IMG/VR virus record: IMGVR_UViG_3300037418_002133
Location: 1 to 64,000 of that record
DNA: 64,000 bases
From: a virus
Strand: one strand, 5' to 3'
Part shown: positions 17,408-28,089 of the stretch, piece after piece
Position numbering within the stretch: position 1 is the first letter of the stretch
Layout: each line of letters opens with the position of its first letter
Notes under the pieces: model-generated
Seen by the model: the letters and a program-made list of their open reading frames with translations, nothing else
What the model was told of the DNA's origin: nothing
Database searches by the model: none
Made by a program: the position numbers and the translations under genes

Positions 17408-17720
17408 TGTCACCTGCAATGTCATCCTCAATATCCATGTTGCGAATGGTGTCCCGAAGCTGCACGACCTCATGGGCGATCGAGGTACGTTGCGCTTCCA
17501 GAGCGTCGATCCGGACGGTCTGCATTGACGCCTGGAGCTGGATCTGATCCGCTCTCGCCTCGGCCTCGGATCGCAGCGACTGTTCCCGCGTCAACGCGGT
17601 CTTGGCGCCGATCAGGTCGTTCTGAATCTTGGAGACGTAAAGATAGCCGCCGGCGACCAGCGCGAGCACCAGGAGCGCCGACAGACCGATCAGGACCAGT
17701 TTCCACGGGATCGGGATCAT
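17253..17720 (-). CDS. i-spanin (Rz-like)
   Basis: N-terminal TM helix plus coiled coil. Confidence 0.75.
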   Translation of the reverse strand: MIPIPWKLVLIGLSALLVLALVAGGYLYVSKIQNDLIGAKTALTREQSLRSEAEARADQIQLQASMQTVRIDALEAQRTSIAHEVVQLRDTIRNMDIEDDIAGDNDEKADHAVATLNARNRELNRLLEHAAGDQVRPGPSSDSKASPTGPAQAVR

Positions 17721-18079
17721 CGCGGCGTCTCGCAACTCTGCGGCGTGCCGTTGCCCTCGGGAAGCTCGGGAGCCGCCGGGCTGTCTTCCTGATTGTCGTC
17801 TGGAGATTCAGCCGGCAAGTTGAAGCGGCGCTTCGAATGATCATCGAAGACGGCGCCGAAGATGTAGAACATCAGGATGGCGATCATCGCGCCCACAACC
17901 GTCAGAAACATCTGAACGATCATGGCGTTACCGCCGGCATAAATGGTCCAACAGATCATTGCCTCGGCGTTGCCGCCAAGCCAGAAGATGAACCACTTCA
18001 TCCAGCGTCGGCGGATCTTCCAGTTGTCCGGAACGATCGCCCGTCGCGCCTTCTCTGTGAGGATTTTGGTGATCGACAT
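17717..18079 (-). CDS. Putative holin
   Basis: Two TM segments, charged termini, adjacent to spanins. Confidence 0.65.
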   Translation of the reverse strand: MSITKILTEKARRAIVPDNWKIRRRWMKWFIFWLGGNAEAMICWTIYAGGNAMIVQMFLTVVGAMIAILMFYIFGAVFDDHSKRRFNLPAESPDDNQEDSPAAPELPEGNGTPQSCETPR

Positions 18080-18456
18080 TACTGGACCTCGTTCTTGAGC
18101 CGATCGGCCACAGCGGTATCGCGACGATCGATCTTGGCGATCTCGTCGGCGATCTGGTTCATTCGAATGGTAAGTGTCGCCTTTGTTGACGGCTCTGCAT
18201 CCTTAAGCGCGCGCTCCAGAGCAAACTTCTCATTGCGCAGGGTTGCGCGCTGAAGGGTGCTCAGATCGCTCAGAATGACGTGCTGGGTGACGCGCAGATC
18301 GCGCAGGGTAGTCACGATAGGGTTGATGCGCGCGGTCACAGCGGCTTCGGACATTGGAATGGGCAAGCCCAGTGCGACATAGGCCGTACAAACGGCCGTG
18401 ATCGCACCGAGAAGAACTCCAAGCTGTTTGGCTCGCACGACGACTCGGGAAAACAT
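18079..18456 (-). CDS. Membrane-anchored protein of the lysis cassette (possible antiholin)
   Basis: N-terminal TM plus coiled coil; first gene after TATAAT and palindrome at 18469-18494. Confidence 0.5.
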   Translation of the reverse strand: MFSRVVVRAKQLGVLLGAITAVCTAYVALGLPIPMSEAAVTARINPIVTTLRDLRVTQHVILSDLSTLQRATLRNEKFALERALKDAEPSTKATLTIRMNQIADEIAKIDRRDTAVADRLKNEVQ

Positions 18457-18522
18457 GGCCGCACCTTATAAGTCAGTTCTGACTTACATTATAGTGGGCA
18501 AAGGTCAGCGAGGATACCCCTA

Positions 18523-18819
18523 TTATGGGTTCCAGACCTTCTCAACCTGGTCTTTCGTGATGAACGCCATGGTGATGTCGCCGTTGTTTTTCTGGATGGC
18601 AACCTGACCTAGAGCGGTGCCCTTGGATGAACCAAGCACGATCGCCGGCATACCCTCGATACCCTGGACGCCTTGAAGAAATATTTCCTTGATGACAATC
18701 AGGGTTCCGCGCGGATACGGGAACTGTTCGTTGTCCATCTTGGAGGCGAACTGGCGGAGGAGATCGATGACCAGCTCCGGAGTGGCCTCGACTTCCTGTT
18801 TGACGATCATTGTAGCCAT
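18523..18819 (-). CDS. Hypothetical protein
   Basis: Follows tail fibre gene by 2 bp. Confidence 0.55.
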   Translation of the reverse strand: MATMIVKQEVEATPELVIDLLRQFASKMDNEQFPYPRGTLIVIKEIFLQGVQGIEGMPAIVLGSSKGTALGQVAIQKNNGDITMAFITKDQVEKVWNP

Positions 18820-18821
18820 AA

Positions 18822-20186
18822 TTAGTCCTGTGTTGTGAGAGCCTTCAACGCTGCGATCTCTGCTGCCTGTGCTTCAACCTTTGCTGAAAGTTTCTGAACA
18901 GCCTCGATTAGCGGAAACAGCAGCTTGTGGGGTGATGCTTCCAGTCGATCTGGATTTGTCTTATCGACAAGTCCGAAATCGACACCAAAATCGGTCTGAA
19001 TTGTATCCAGTTCCTGCGCGAAAACACCTGCCTCCGGAGCGTCGCCGCGGTCAGTACCGTCACGCATGTTCCATTTAAACCAGCGAACGGTCACGTTGTT
19101 GATGAAATCCAGCGCGTCGATCGGTAGACGACCATCACCCTCCTCGATCTTATCGCGTTGATCCGAAATCGCCGTAATGGATGTCTGAGCGCATCGAAGC
19201 GATGTAATGGCGGTGTCGCCCAGGACGACAACATTGCTCGCGTTAGCGAGAGCGTTGTTGCCTATACAAGAGGTGTTGGTGAAATCACCATTCGGACCGG
19301 AGCCAAAACCTAACGCGGTGTTACGATTGCCCGTGATCAAGCTCGCGCCGGTCAGATATCCAAGGAAGACATTGTATTGCCCCGTGGAAATATTCTTGCC
19401 GGCCGTGTCGCCGATCATAACGTTGCCAATGCCTGACGACAGGTTCGTCAGAACGTCATTTCCGAGGCCAATATTATGACCTCCCGTTACATCGACCGTT
19501 TGGGCAACACGCGAACCGATGAAGATATTCTTGTCGGCCTTGTTGAGTGTTCCGGCCTGGTTTCCGATGAGAATGCAGTCACTGTAGGAATAGACAGTGG
19601 TGGGAGCTGCGATATTGCCCGCGCCGGCTGTGTAGCCGATGACAATGCTGTTTGCGATAGTACCCGCACTAAAGCCCGCGAACGAACCCGCAATAAAGCT
19701 CAGATTGACGGTGTCTTTGTAAGTGCAACAGTGCGCACCAACCGCCGTCGAAGCATCGAGCGATGTTGTGAACGAAAAGCAATCAATTCCGTAACCAGTA
19801 CCATAGGTCGCGCCGACGAGCTTCGAACCTGTTCGAAAGCCCATCATCGTCATGCCATAAACATCAACCGCATCGCCGAGCACGGCATTGCCAATGCCGA
19901 TGCTAATCGTTGCCCGATCGTTGGCGGTTGTGAGAATATCCTGCCCTACCAGAATATTGCCCTTACCGGTAAGAAGTGAGTCGGTGTCGTAAACCGGCGT
20001 CGGGCGGATATTCTTGCCGAGGTGAAACTCATTGATGGTCGGATTATAGAGAGACGGCGACCACGCATCCATATTAACGGCGCCAGTCAATGAGGCTGAC
20101 AGAGCCGCGGTATCCGAAGCCTCAAATACCGCTCGACCTGATGTGCCAGCAGGTTTAGCAACGGCCTTATCGAGTGCGCGAGTCAT
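18822..20186 (-). CDS. Tail fibre/spike with C-terminal intramolecular chaperone (peptidase S74-like)
   Basis: Repeated N..IG..AG units; ISDQRDK...GVFAQEL...LIEAVQKLSAKVE. Confidence 0.8.
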   Translation of the reverse strand: MTRALDKAVAKPAGTSGRAVFEASDTAALSASLTGAVNMDAWSPSLYNPTINEFHLGKNIRPTPVYDTDSLLTGKGNILVGQDILTTANDRATISIGIGNAVLGDAVDVYGMTMMGFRTGSKLVGATYGTGYGIDCFSFTTSLDASTAVGAHCCTYKDTVNLSFIAGSFAGFSAGTIANSIVIGYTAGAGNIAAPTTVYSYSDCILIGNQAGTLNKADKNIFIGSRVAQTVDVTGGHNIGLGNDVLTNLSSGIGNVMIGDTAGKNISTGQYNVFLGYLTGASLITGNRNTALGFGSGPNGDFTNTSCIGNNALANASNVVVLGDTAITSLRCAQTSITAISDQRDKIEEGDGRLPIDALDFINNVTVRWFKWNMRDGTDRGDAPEAGVFAQELDTIQTDFGVDFGLVDKTNPDRLEASPHKLLFPLIEAVQKLSAKVEAQAAEIAALKALTTQD

Positions 20187-20211
20187 TCTGATTATTCCTT
20201 AGCCATCATTA

Positions 20212-21588
20212 CTAGGCGCCTCGATAAACGCCATTCAAGTGAATATGAGCGCCGCTTGAAAGACCACTGATACTAACTGAGACGTAATTTGCCGCATCCC
20301 AATTGACCGCCGCGGCGGTTGTTGCAAAACCCGGCTCGTAGATGGCCTGAAGGGCTGGAAAACCGACAAGATTAGCGGCTTGATTGATCGGCAATGCAAA
20401 CTTGACGCGGCCTGACGCTGTACCAATATCGGTAATGGAAACGATGCCTTCAATGAAGACGTATTTGCCGAGCCGTTTATAGACGCCGGTAAATTCAGCG
20501 TCGCCGATCGTCCCCGATACCGCGGTGACGGGTACTGCGTAATCCGTCGTCGGTCCGCCGACCCATTTCAAATCGGCATTAAACTCCGCATCACCATCAT
20601 TGTAAAATGTTCCAGCAGCACCATAGAATGAGTAGTTCGACACAGTGCCATTAATTGCAAGGGCATAAACAGCGTAGTTATTTTGTACAACGCCGGTAGC
20701 TGCCTGCGAGACGAAGGCGCCAGCACGGGCATTCTGGATCGTAGATCCGACGCTGTCATTATAGACTTCACCGCGCACACCCACTGCATCTTGGATGATC
20801 GCAGACGTCCCAGAACCGGCGCTCTGAAATCCAGCGGTCCCCTGCACGCCGATTTGCGAATTCAATGTTCCTTCATGCTTGTAGCCAGCCGAAACAAAGG
20901 ATACAGCCCAGCCGATAACCCCGACGCGCGTTCCGCTGTCGGTGACACCAGCCGGGATGCTGTTGAAACCATTGCAGAACGAGCCAGCCCAGCTTCGATT
21001 CAAGCTATCTGATTCAATCTTATTGAATGCTTCCGACAGAATCGTATCGTTGTTCTGGTAAGGCGACGCGGTCGTCCCGGTCCAATACCCGCGCGCGTTG
21101 AGCGTATTTCCACCCGGTCCGCTTCCGGTGTAATGCACACTAAGCAGCGCTGGAGGCGCTGCTATGATATTCGCGTCGTTCGTAATGCCGACCCGGCTAC
21201 CATTTGTCGTTACGTTGAAAGCATCATGAAATACGCTGTTGCTCCACAGTCCGAGGTTGTTCCGCGCAGCAGTTTTATCGGGAAGATCCGCGAGATTCTG
21301 ATCCTTTGCAGCGGCTCCGTCACCAATTAGAACACCGTTTGCCACAACATCAATGACGTCGCCGGCATTCAGCGCCGGCAGACCAGTGATCGACGAGCCA
21401 TTGGTCGCGACATAGTCGGCGCGTGTGATGAGCGTACCGTTGAGGTAAACACACTCATAGCCGGGAACGTAGTTGAGCGTCAGACCGTTAGAATCGGCGC
21501 CCGTAAAACTCGTCGCACCAGCGCTAGCAATAAACGTGAAGCGCTGACCGCGACCGAATTGGGGACCGTTACCGACAAAACCAGACAT
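20212..21588 (-). CDS. Tail fibre/receptor-binding protein
   Basis: N-terminal adaptor-like VYLNG..DYVATNGSSI, QNLADLPDKTAARNNLGL repeat, beta-rich body. Confidence 0.75.
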   Translation of the reverse strand: MSGFVGNGPQFGRGQRFTFIASAGATSFTGADSNGLTLNYVPGYECVYLNGTLITRADYVATNGSSITGLPALNAGDVIDVVANGVLIGDGAAAKDQNLADLPDKTAARNNLGLWSNSVFHDAFNVTTNGSRVGITNDANIIAAPPALLSVHYTGSGPGGNTLNARGYWTGTTASPYQNNDTILSEAFNKIESDSLNRSWAGSFCNGFNSIPAGVTDSGTRVGVIGWAVSFVSAGYKHEGTLNSQIGVQGTAGFQSAGSGTSAIIQDAVGVRGEVYNDSVGSTIQNARAGAFVSQAATGVVQNNYAVYALAINGTVSNYSFYGAAGTFYNDGDAEFNADLKWVGGPTTDYAVPVTAVSGTIGDAEFTGVYKRLGKYVFIEGIVSITDIGTASGRVKFALPINQAANLVGFPALQAIYEPGFATTAAAVNWDAANYVSVSISGLSSGAHIHLNGVYRGA

Positions 21589-21596
21589 TTATTCTA

Positions 21597-22829
21597 TCAC
21601 CACGGATCGAGTGTTTCGTACATGAAGGAGGAGAGGAGCGTGAATTCTTGACCAGATGTGACGCTCGGCGCCCCAACCGTCTCCCAGTTCAAATTAAAAC
21701 CAGACGCGGACAGGTTCGCGTATTTCGAGTTTGCTATTGGATAAAGTCCGACCTGTCCGTTTGCGTTCAATGCGCCATAACCCGACAAAATCGCGCTACA
21801 GGGCCAGCCGGCATCGGTGACAGTAAACGGCAATCCATTGATTCGTAGCGTTCCAGCAGAGGTTGTAAATGTTGGGGTGACGCGAAGCACCAATTTCCCA
21901 AACACCATGCTGCCAATGCGCGTCCATGTACCGCCGGCAATCGATGCGGAAGCGGTCAGATCTCCGTTCGTATCGAAACTTAGCGATGGAACGAGTGTGC
22001 CGCGTTTTGTGTATCGAACGAACGGACTTTTCGCGACGTTACCGATCGTCGCTTCGTAAAGCATGGCCCCGGCAGCGTCGTAGCCTTCCGCCGACATGTG
22101 CGGCGTGGGCGTCCACATCGCCACACTAAGAGTTGAGGTATCAACAAAGGTGCGTGTCTGGAATTCAGATTCGCACCACTCCTGCATCCATCGAGTATAT
22201 TTTGGAAACGCAGCGTCGTATGGGTTGTAGCCCATACAGTAAATCGGCAAGTAGTAAGGAAACCAAGTCTGGGCTCGCATTTGTGCGTGAAATTGATCCC
22301 AAAGACCTTTGAAGTACGCTTCGCTGTCGGCGTTATAGGCGTTCGATTCGCCGACCCAAGCATACATGCCATCAATTGTCGATTTGCCCAAAACAGCCAA
22401 AGCCGCGGCGACATTCAGACGCAAAGATGTCGCCATGTCATAGAGGCCGGTGCCGGTTTTCTGAAAGCCGGCAACCCACTGATCAACGGGATTAGCTCCG
22501 ACCGCATTAATGACGATGTAGTAGTTCACAAATGGATTGGCGCGCGCCATGCGCGCGGCAGCGCTGTAGGCCCACGAATGACGAGGTGCATTACTGGCCG
22601 GAACAAACACCGAGCCGACATCGCCGGCGCCAAAACTGTTCCAGATCCACAAATTCGGCGGCATGGGAAGGGAAGCGTCATCGAAATACCCAGCGGCATT
22701 CGACTGACCAAAACAAACGCCAAGAACAGTCGAAGTGCCTTTTCGGATGTACCGAGCATCCCCCGCCCCGGCGATTCCAGCTTCGGTCAAAGGCGCCGCA
22801 GAGCCACCTGCACCAGCAAAGGCGCTCAT
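21597..22829 (-). CDS. Tail spike with SGNH/SASA carbohydrate acetylesterase domain
   Basis: FGQSNA block I, WVGESN block III, PH..AEGY block V. Confidence 0.75.
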   Translation of the reverse strand: MSAFAGAGGSAAPLTEAGIAGAGDARYIRKGTSTVLGVCFGQSNAAGYFDDASLPMPPNLWIWNSFGAGDVGSVFVPASNAPRHSWAYSAAARMARANPFVNYYIVINAVGANPVDQWVAGFQKTGTGLYDMATSLRLNVAAALAVLGKSTIDGMYAWVGESNAYNADSEAYFKGLWDQFHAQMRAQTWFPYYLPIYCMGYNPYDAAFPKYTRWMQEWCESEFQTRTFVDTSTLSVAMWTPTPHMSAEGYDAAGAMLYEATIGNVAKSPFVRYTKRGTLVPSLSFDTNGDLTASASIAGGTWTRIGSMVFGKLVLRVTPTFTTSAGTLRINGLPFTVTDAGWPCSAILSGYGALNANGQVGLYPIANSKYANLSASGFNLNWETVGAPSVTSGQEFTLLSSFMYETLDPW

Positions 22830-23158
22830 TACGCAGCCTCGGTGTAATACGGCATCACAACGTCGAGCGAAGCGGCGACACTGGATTTGACGTAGACGAT
22901 ATCACCTGACAGCAGCACGGCCTTACCGAGAGTGCCCCACGGAAACAACGTCTCGCCGGCTGGGATGGCGAAGGTCTTCAAAACGTAGGTATCGAGCGGG
23001 CCGGTTTCGCGAATGAGCAGATCGATGGAGATTGCGGCTCCGCTCGTATTGCAGAGCGACATGCCGATGACAGTCCAGCTCTTACCTGCCGGCACCGCGG
23101 CGTTAACCGCTGTCAACGCAGTGCCGATACCGCGGGCTGTTACTCGTGAAAGGGCCAT
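22829..23158 (-). CDS. Small virion adaptor protein
   Basis: Beta-rich 109 aa in the fibre cluster. Confidence 0.6.
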   Translation of the reverse strand: MALSRVTARGIGTALTAVNAAVPAGKSWTVIGMSLCNTSGAAISIDLLIRETGPLDTYVLKTFAIPAGETLFPWGTLGKAVLLSGDIVYVKSSVAASLDVVMPYYTEAA

Positions 23159-23223
23159 CTAAATCTCCGTGATGTCGTTAATATAAGTCAGAACTGACTT
23201 AAATCCAAGCCGAATTTTATAGA

Positions 23224-24186
23224 TCATCCAAGGGCGATTGCCAGACCCGCCGCGCGTCCTGTCGCGGTTGTCAAGACATTGGCGAGCGTATCCGATACAC
23301 CCGGCGCCGAGCCCGCTGTGACAGCCGCAATGGCCTGAGCGATCGCGGCAATACCCGAGGAATACCCACTGGCAAACCAACGCCCAAGAGCGGCGTTATA
23401 GCGAAGGTTGACCGCCTCGTATTGCTGAAGAACCAGATCGTTTGTCAGCAGGAACCGATTGCCGGCTGCGGACGCGGCCGAGTTGTTCTTAAGCGTTAGC
23501 GGGGACGCTGCGCTGTTGAAGATCATGATTTCGCGGCCTTCGCGCCCGCCTGCAAGACCGGTCAAATTCACCGCGGCAGACGGCGCCGCCATGATCGAGT
23601 AGCAATTAACCAGACCAGCGGGGTTCCAGTCGTTGGTGTCGGCCGCAAGGGTCGGCGCAATGGTGCCTGTGAAGGCAACCTGGGACGGCAGATCAGTGAC
23701 GCCAGTGAACAGCGAGACCCAGCGACCCAGCGTGCCGTCGTAACGGAACGGAACGACTTGATTGGGAATAACGATCAGGTCGGTGCCGACGCCGATCAGG
23801 AAGCGATTGCCGGCCGTCGAAGAGGCGCTCTGATGACGGATCATCAAGTTGCCGGCACTGCCGTTTTTCACCGAGATCCAGATCTCACGACCATCTTCGC
23901 CGCCTGCAAGACCTGTCAGGTCGTGAGCTGCGTCCAGGTCGAGGATCAAAAGACCGGCCTCTTCCATACCGGTCGGGTTGAAATCATTGGTGTTCGCCGT
24001 GAGCTGCGCCGGCGACAAGGAAACACGAATGTTTTCGCGCTGGACGCGATAGCCGCCCGTCTTGAGGCCGTCGCCGTAGCGGAGCTTCTTCGAGGTGATG
24101 TCGTACCAGATCTCAGCCTCGGCCGGAACCCGCGGATCGAGGATATCCTTGGTGTTACGGGCGTGCTTCTTGATAAAATAGCTCAT
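23224..24186 (-). CDS. Tail fibre-associated protein with two tandem repeat domains
   Basis: Repeat NDxNPxG...LTGLAGGxxGREI...AGNRFL occurs twice. Confidence 0.7.
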   Translation of the reverse strand: MSYFIKKHARNTKDILDPRVPAEAEIWYDITSKKLRYGDGLKTGGYRVQRENIRVSLSPAQLTANTNDFNPTGMEEAGLLILDLDAAHDLTGLAGGEDGREIWISVKNGSAGNLMIRHQSASSTAGNRFLIGVGTDLIVIPNQVVPFRYDGTLGRWVSLFTGVTDLPSQVAFTGTIAPTLAADTNDWNPAGLVNCYSIMAAPSAAVNLTGLAGGREGREIMIFNSAASPLTLKNNSAASAAGNRFLLTNDLVLQQYEAVNLRYNAALGRWFASGYSSGIAAIAQAIAAVTAGSAPGVSDTLANVLTTATGRAAGLAIALG

Positions 24187-26384
24187 GTAACCAATCCGTC
24201 ATCAAGGGTGTCATCGATCGTGTCGCCGACATAGCCGAAATCGGCGTTTGCGAGTTGATTGGCGTATGTCTCGACCAAGGTAAGCATCGACGATGTCTGG
24301 TCGCGCGCCGTCTCCGCAGCGGCTTGCGCCGCCGTCGCGGAGGTCGACGAAGCTGCGGCGTCCGAAGCACTTGCTGACGCTTCAGTGGCTTTTGTCGTCG
24401 AGGTTGCCGCTTCGTCGGTCGCGATGCCGGCTTGTGTCGTGGCGATGCCAGCCTGTGTTGTGGCGACGGTCGCCTTGTCCGTCGCGATGCCCGCCTGGGT
24501 GGTGGCAATATCGGCTTTAGCTATCGCGGTATTTGCGTAATCGGCCGCATTGTTCTCGTGGGCGCCCGCGCTGGCGTCAGAGGCAGCAGCACTTGTGGCG
24601 CTGTTCGCGGCAGCAGTTGCCTGTGCGGTCGCAGCAGTCAGGGTGGCGTTAATAGCATCGACGAAGGCTTGATCGACACCACGCGCCAGAAGCGCCCACT
24701 TCGAATTGCTGCCGTTATGGGTGATCCCATTGCCGACATTGGCGTTGACGAGCGAGATATAGGACGAGCCGTCATCGACAACGACGTTGCCGGCTGAATA
24801 GGTGGTTCCTGCGCTGTAAGGTCCGAGCGGTTTGACGCCTCGATCGCCCGTCCGCATAAAATGCACGGAGATCGGTTTGCCACTCGCGAAGATGACGCCG
24901 TTGAGCGGCGCAACAGGCACTTTGAAGTAGCCGCCCGAGCTGTCGATGTCGCCATTGACGTTGAAGATGGCGAATTTCGAGCGATCGCCGGTATCGATCA
25001 GCGTCAGGATGCCGCGATGTTCCAGACTGTCGCTGTCGTCGAAAAGGTTGACGAAGGCGGATGCGTCGTTCCCGCCACGCTCCTTGGAGGAAATCTGAAG
25101 CGACGTGATATTGGCAAACGAGGCGCTGTTGAACGCAATCTTGGTGTCGCCGGGATCTGTCACGGCGATCGACGTCGAAAAGATCCATTCGATCGTCGCC
25201 GGCGGACCGGAAATGTCGTCATACGGGAGTAGATCGGCCCAGGCGATGCTACCCTCATAGCTCCATTGGATCATGCGTGCGGCATGATTGCCCTGAAGAA
25301 TGACTCGCTTACCCTCCGGACCATTGACGCGAATGGCATCGGATGCGTTCGTAACAAGACCTGTCGCACCGATAAAGGCGCCAGTCGCAGGCTTGTCGCC
25401 CTGCCCGCCTGTCCAGTCCGCGATCTGAGCGACGAGCTTGTTCTCGCCGGCGTCAACATAGGCCAGGATGGGCGACCAACCCTTATCGCCGTCGCCACCA
25501 CTCGAAGATCCGCTCGAACCGCCGGATCCAGCCAGCAGACGCCAGCGATTGACGACGCCGTCGTAAATGAACATGCAGGCCGCGTCGGGCGCAAGGCTGA
25601 GGTTCTGACCCAGCGCAAAGCGGTTCGCAGCGCTCGACGTACCACCCTCGTCTTCAAGATCGATCACGTAGTCGCCGACGTTGAAAACGACGAGCGCGCG
25701 ACCCGGTGCGCCGGTCGTGATGCCTGTCAGGGTGCGATTGGCGCTGCTGGAAAGGCGAAGGATGCTGGCCTGTTCGATGCCGGCCGGCGCCAGATCGTTC
25801 GCGGTGACGTTGATGGTCGGCGCTGTGACGACGTTGCCGAACAGGAGCTGTGAATACAGCGAGACGCCGCCCGTGGTCGGGTTGACGCCAAGCGCCTTGA
25901 TCCAAGTCGAGGCCAGAAGATAGCGGATCGAGAATTCGTCATCCTCGAAAGCGCCAGCCTGAAGCAGATCCAAGCCGCCGTTTTGCAGAATCATGCCGGC
26001 GCGATCGGCCGAGGTCTTCTTGTTCAGCCGGATCGTTTGGTCGTCGTTCGTCGCATTGACGATCTTGCGATAAAGGTTCGAGATATCGGTGAGCTGGCGG
26101 GTCGCGGTGCGGACGGAATCGCGATCCTTGGAGGACTTGAAAATCCACCAGTCGACGCCACCAACCGCGTCAGCGGCCGTAGAGCCGAGATAGTTTGAGG
26201 TCAGCGTCGCCGCGGTATCGGTCGTAATCGCGTCGATTTCGTACCATTTACCGTCGGGGCCAACAACGATGTCTCCCGCGATTAACCCAAGGAACGTCGT
26301 TCCAACGCCACTCAAGACGTTGGAATTATTGGTAAAAGTGATCGTTCCGGTCGTAAGCAGGGTGATGTTAAGCATTGGATCCAA
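24183..26384 (-). CDS. Side tail fibre protein
   Basis: N-terminal GTITFTNNS..VGT.F anchor, CBM-like TYSAGNVV, Ala/Thr-rich coiled C-terminus. Confidence 0.8.
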   Translation of the reverse strand: MDPMLNITLLTTGTITFTNNSNVLSGVGTTFLGLIAGDIVVGPDGKWYEIDAITTDTAATLTSNYLGSTAADAVGGVDWWIFKSSKDRDSVRTATRQLTDISNLYRKIVNATNDDQTIRLNKKTSADRAGMILQNGGLDLLQAGAFEDDEFSIRYLLASTWIKALGVNPTTGGVSLYSQLLFGNVVTAPTINVTANDLAPAGIEQASILRLSSSANRTLTGITTGAPGRALVVFNVGDYVIDLEDEGGTSSAANRFALGQNLSLAPDAACMFIYDGVVNRWRLLAGSGGSSGSSSGGDGDKGWSPILAYVDAGENKLVAQIADWTGGQGDKPATGAFIGATGLVTNASDAIRVNGPEGKRVILQGNHAARMIQWSYEGSIAWADLLPYDDISGPPATIEWIFSTSIAVTDPGDTKIAFNSASFANITSLQISSKERGGNDASAFVNLFDDSDSLEHRGILTLIDTGDRSKFAIFNVNGDIDSSGGYFKVPVAPLNGVIFASGKPISVHFMRTGDRGVKPLGPYSAGTTYSAGNVVVDDGSSYISLVNANVGNGITHNGSNSKWALLARGVDQAFVDAINATLTAATAQATAAANSATSAAASDASAGAHENNAADYANTAIAKADIATTQAGIATDKATVATTQAGIATTQAGIATDEAATSTTKATEASASASDAAASSTSATAAQAAAETARDQTSSMLTLVETYANQLANADFGYVGDTIDDTLDDGLVT

Positions 26385-26406
26385 AGTAAGTCAGAACTGA
26401 CTGATA

Positions 26407-26769
26407 TTATAGCCTAAGATTTTCCAATGTCGCCTCGATTTCATCCTTGGTCGAACATTTTTCGATCGCAAGGAGCATCTTCTGGCGACGCAACTCTCGC
26501 GCATCGGCCAGATAATTTGGATCCGGCTTTGACAGAATCAATTCCGCGAATTGCATGGCTGTTAGGCTTCTCATCCCAGCTTCTTCGGTAAACGCCTCGG
26601 TCGCATCCGAACCATCGACAACAGACTGTGCAACAATCTTCTTTCGTCGCCAGGCTTCCTCCTGATGGGCCATCGGCCCGCTCATTCGCGAGAAGATTTC
26701 ATTAACCTTCGTCGTCGCGGTTGCGCGCAAAGCCGGCATCGGATCTGCGTTAATTCGAACCCGAGTCAT
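26407..26769 (-). CDS. Tail-associated hypothetical protein
   Basis: In-operon ORF. Confidence 0.6.
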   Translation of the reverse strand: MTRVRINADPMPALRATATTKVNEIFSRMSGPMAHQEEAWRRKKIVAQSVVDGSDATEAFTEEAGMRSLTAMQFAELILSKPDPNYLADARELRRQKMLLAIEKCSTKDEIEATLENLRL

Positions 26770-27209
26770 GCGATCGCCTCAATCTTGAAATGACACTCTT
26801 GCCAAGGCCATTTCATAAACATCACGTCATAGGTAAGAACACAAGGAATGCTAATCTCAATCTCACCATCTGGAAGTGTGCCTGATGCGATGATGCTTCC
26901 GGCGCCTGTGATTGAGTAAGCCGTATCCTTGGGGGCGCCGATAATGACAGCCTTATCCGTGCCACCCGCTTTGATGATCGTTTTGTCGATTACAACCGGC
27001 ATAATCGGACGTTGACGCACACGCATCAAGGAATCACTGGTCTTCGTCGTCATCCATCGTTCGGGCGAAAGCAAACTGTGATGCTTCAGTTTGGTAAATG
27101 CGATGCCCTTATCGAGAAGCTGACGCTCGTAGTTCTCGACGTCCGTATAGACCTTGTTTGCTTGAACGATTCGATCGTCCTCGTTGGACATGATAAAAAG
27201 CATCGTCAA
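26766..27209 (-). CDS. Tail-associated hypothetical protein
   Basis: Coupled ORF. Confidence 0.6.
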   Translation of the reverse strand: MTMLFIMSNEDDRIVQANKVYTDVENYERQLLDKGIAFTKLKHHSLLSPERWMTTKTSDSLMRVRQRPIMPVVIDKTIIKAGGTDKAVIIGAPKDTAYSITGAGSIIASGTLPDGEIEISIPCVLTYDVMFMKWPWQECHFKIEAIA

Positions 27210-27700
27210 CCCATATTCTGCATAATAGCGTAGTAGATCGTGATAGGCGGCTGATTCACATAAATCTGACCACCTGGAGGATAGATGTAGAATTTCTCGT
27301 TTGCATTTAGTCCAATCAACGTGCCGTTTGTTTGAACAACGAGACCATAACCATCGCCTCTGTACGAACTGCCACCCTGAATATCCACGTATGGCGGCGA
27401 AATGTCTGTCGCGGCAACCGGTCCGCCGTTACCCTGATAGGCTTGCTTTCGACCGGCTACGAGGACCACTGGGTATTTCCCGCCAGGGAAGCCGCCAACA
27501 GACACAGACTTATCGTTAAGACCGTCACCTATCTCGGGCGGCGGGACATCGCTGATTAAGTTCCTTGAAAGCAATCGGAACGGCGATTGATCCGCATTGA
27601 AGATCTGACGCTGAAAATTCGAGCCAATCGCATCATAGCCACCCATCGACACGACGAAGGGCGACATTCCGCTCTGACCGATCGAGACACGACGAGCCAT
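27206..27700 (-). CDS. Small tail-tip protein (paralog 3)
   Basis: MARRVSIG...GGYDA N-terminus. Confidence 0.65.
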   Translation of the reverse strand: MARRVSIGQSGMSPFVVSMGGYDAIGSNFQRQIFNADQSPFRLLSRNLISDVPPPEIGDGLNDKSVSVGGFPGGKYPVVLVAGRKQAYQGNGGPVAATDISPPYVDIQGGSSYRGDGYGLVVQTNGTLIGLNANEKFYIYPPGGQIYVNQPPITIYYAIMQNMG

Positions 27701-28089
27701 TAGATGCCAGCCTCGTTGTAGACATCGTATCGGGTCAAAACTGGTGCGGAGACATACATGCTCGACCCGTCACTCGCGAGCGTTGCGGTTGAATAACCTG
27801 TTTGCGGAGCGCCCACCTGCGAGAAGAACAGAGGCGACGGGCGGCATAGACCTGTGAAAGCGTTCACATTTCGAATGCTGCTCAACATCACAACCGGTCG
27901 GACGCCGTAACCAAGAGCGACGCTCTGGCTGGAAGAAACATAGCCCATCAGCAAAAGCGAACTGACCTTCTCATAAATTGAAAGAAGGAGATCCGTATCC
28001 GCAGCGTAATAGCTGTCGTATCCAGGTGGCGCGACAAAGACGCCCGCCTCGCCATTGGAACGATTACCGATGGTAATTCGACGGCTCAC
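27700..28089 (-). CDS. Small tail-tip protein (paralog 2)
   Basis: MSRRITIG...PGYDS N-terminus. Confidence 0.65.
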   Translation of the reverse strand: MSRRITIGNRSNGEAGVFVAPPGYDSYYAADTDLLLSIYEKVSSLLLMGYVSSSQSVALGYGVRPVVMLSSIRNVNAFTGLCRPSPLFFSQVGAPQTGYSTATLASDGSSMYVSAPVLTRYDVYNEAGI

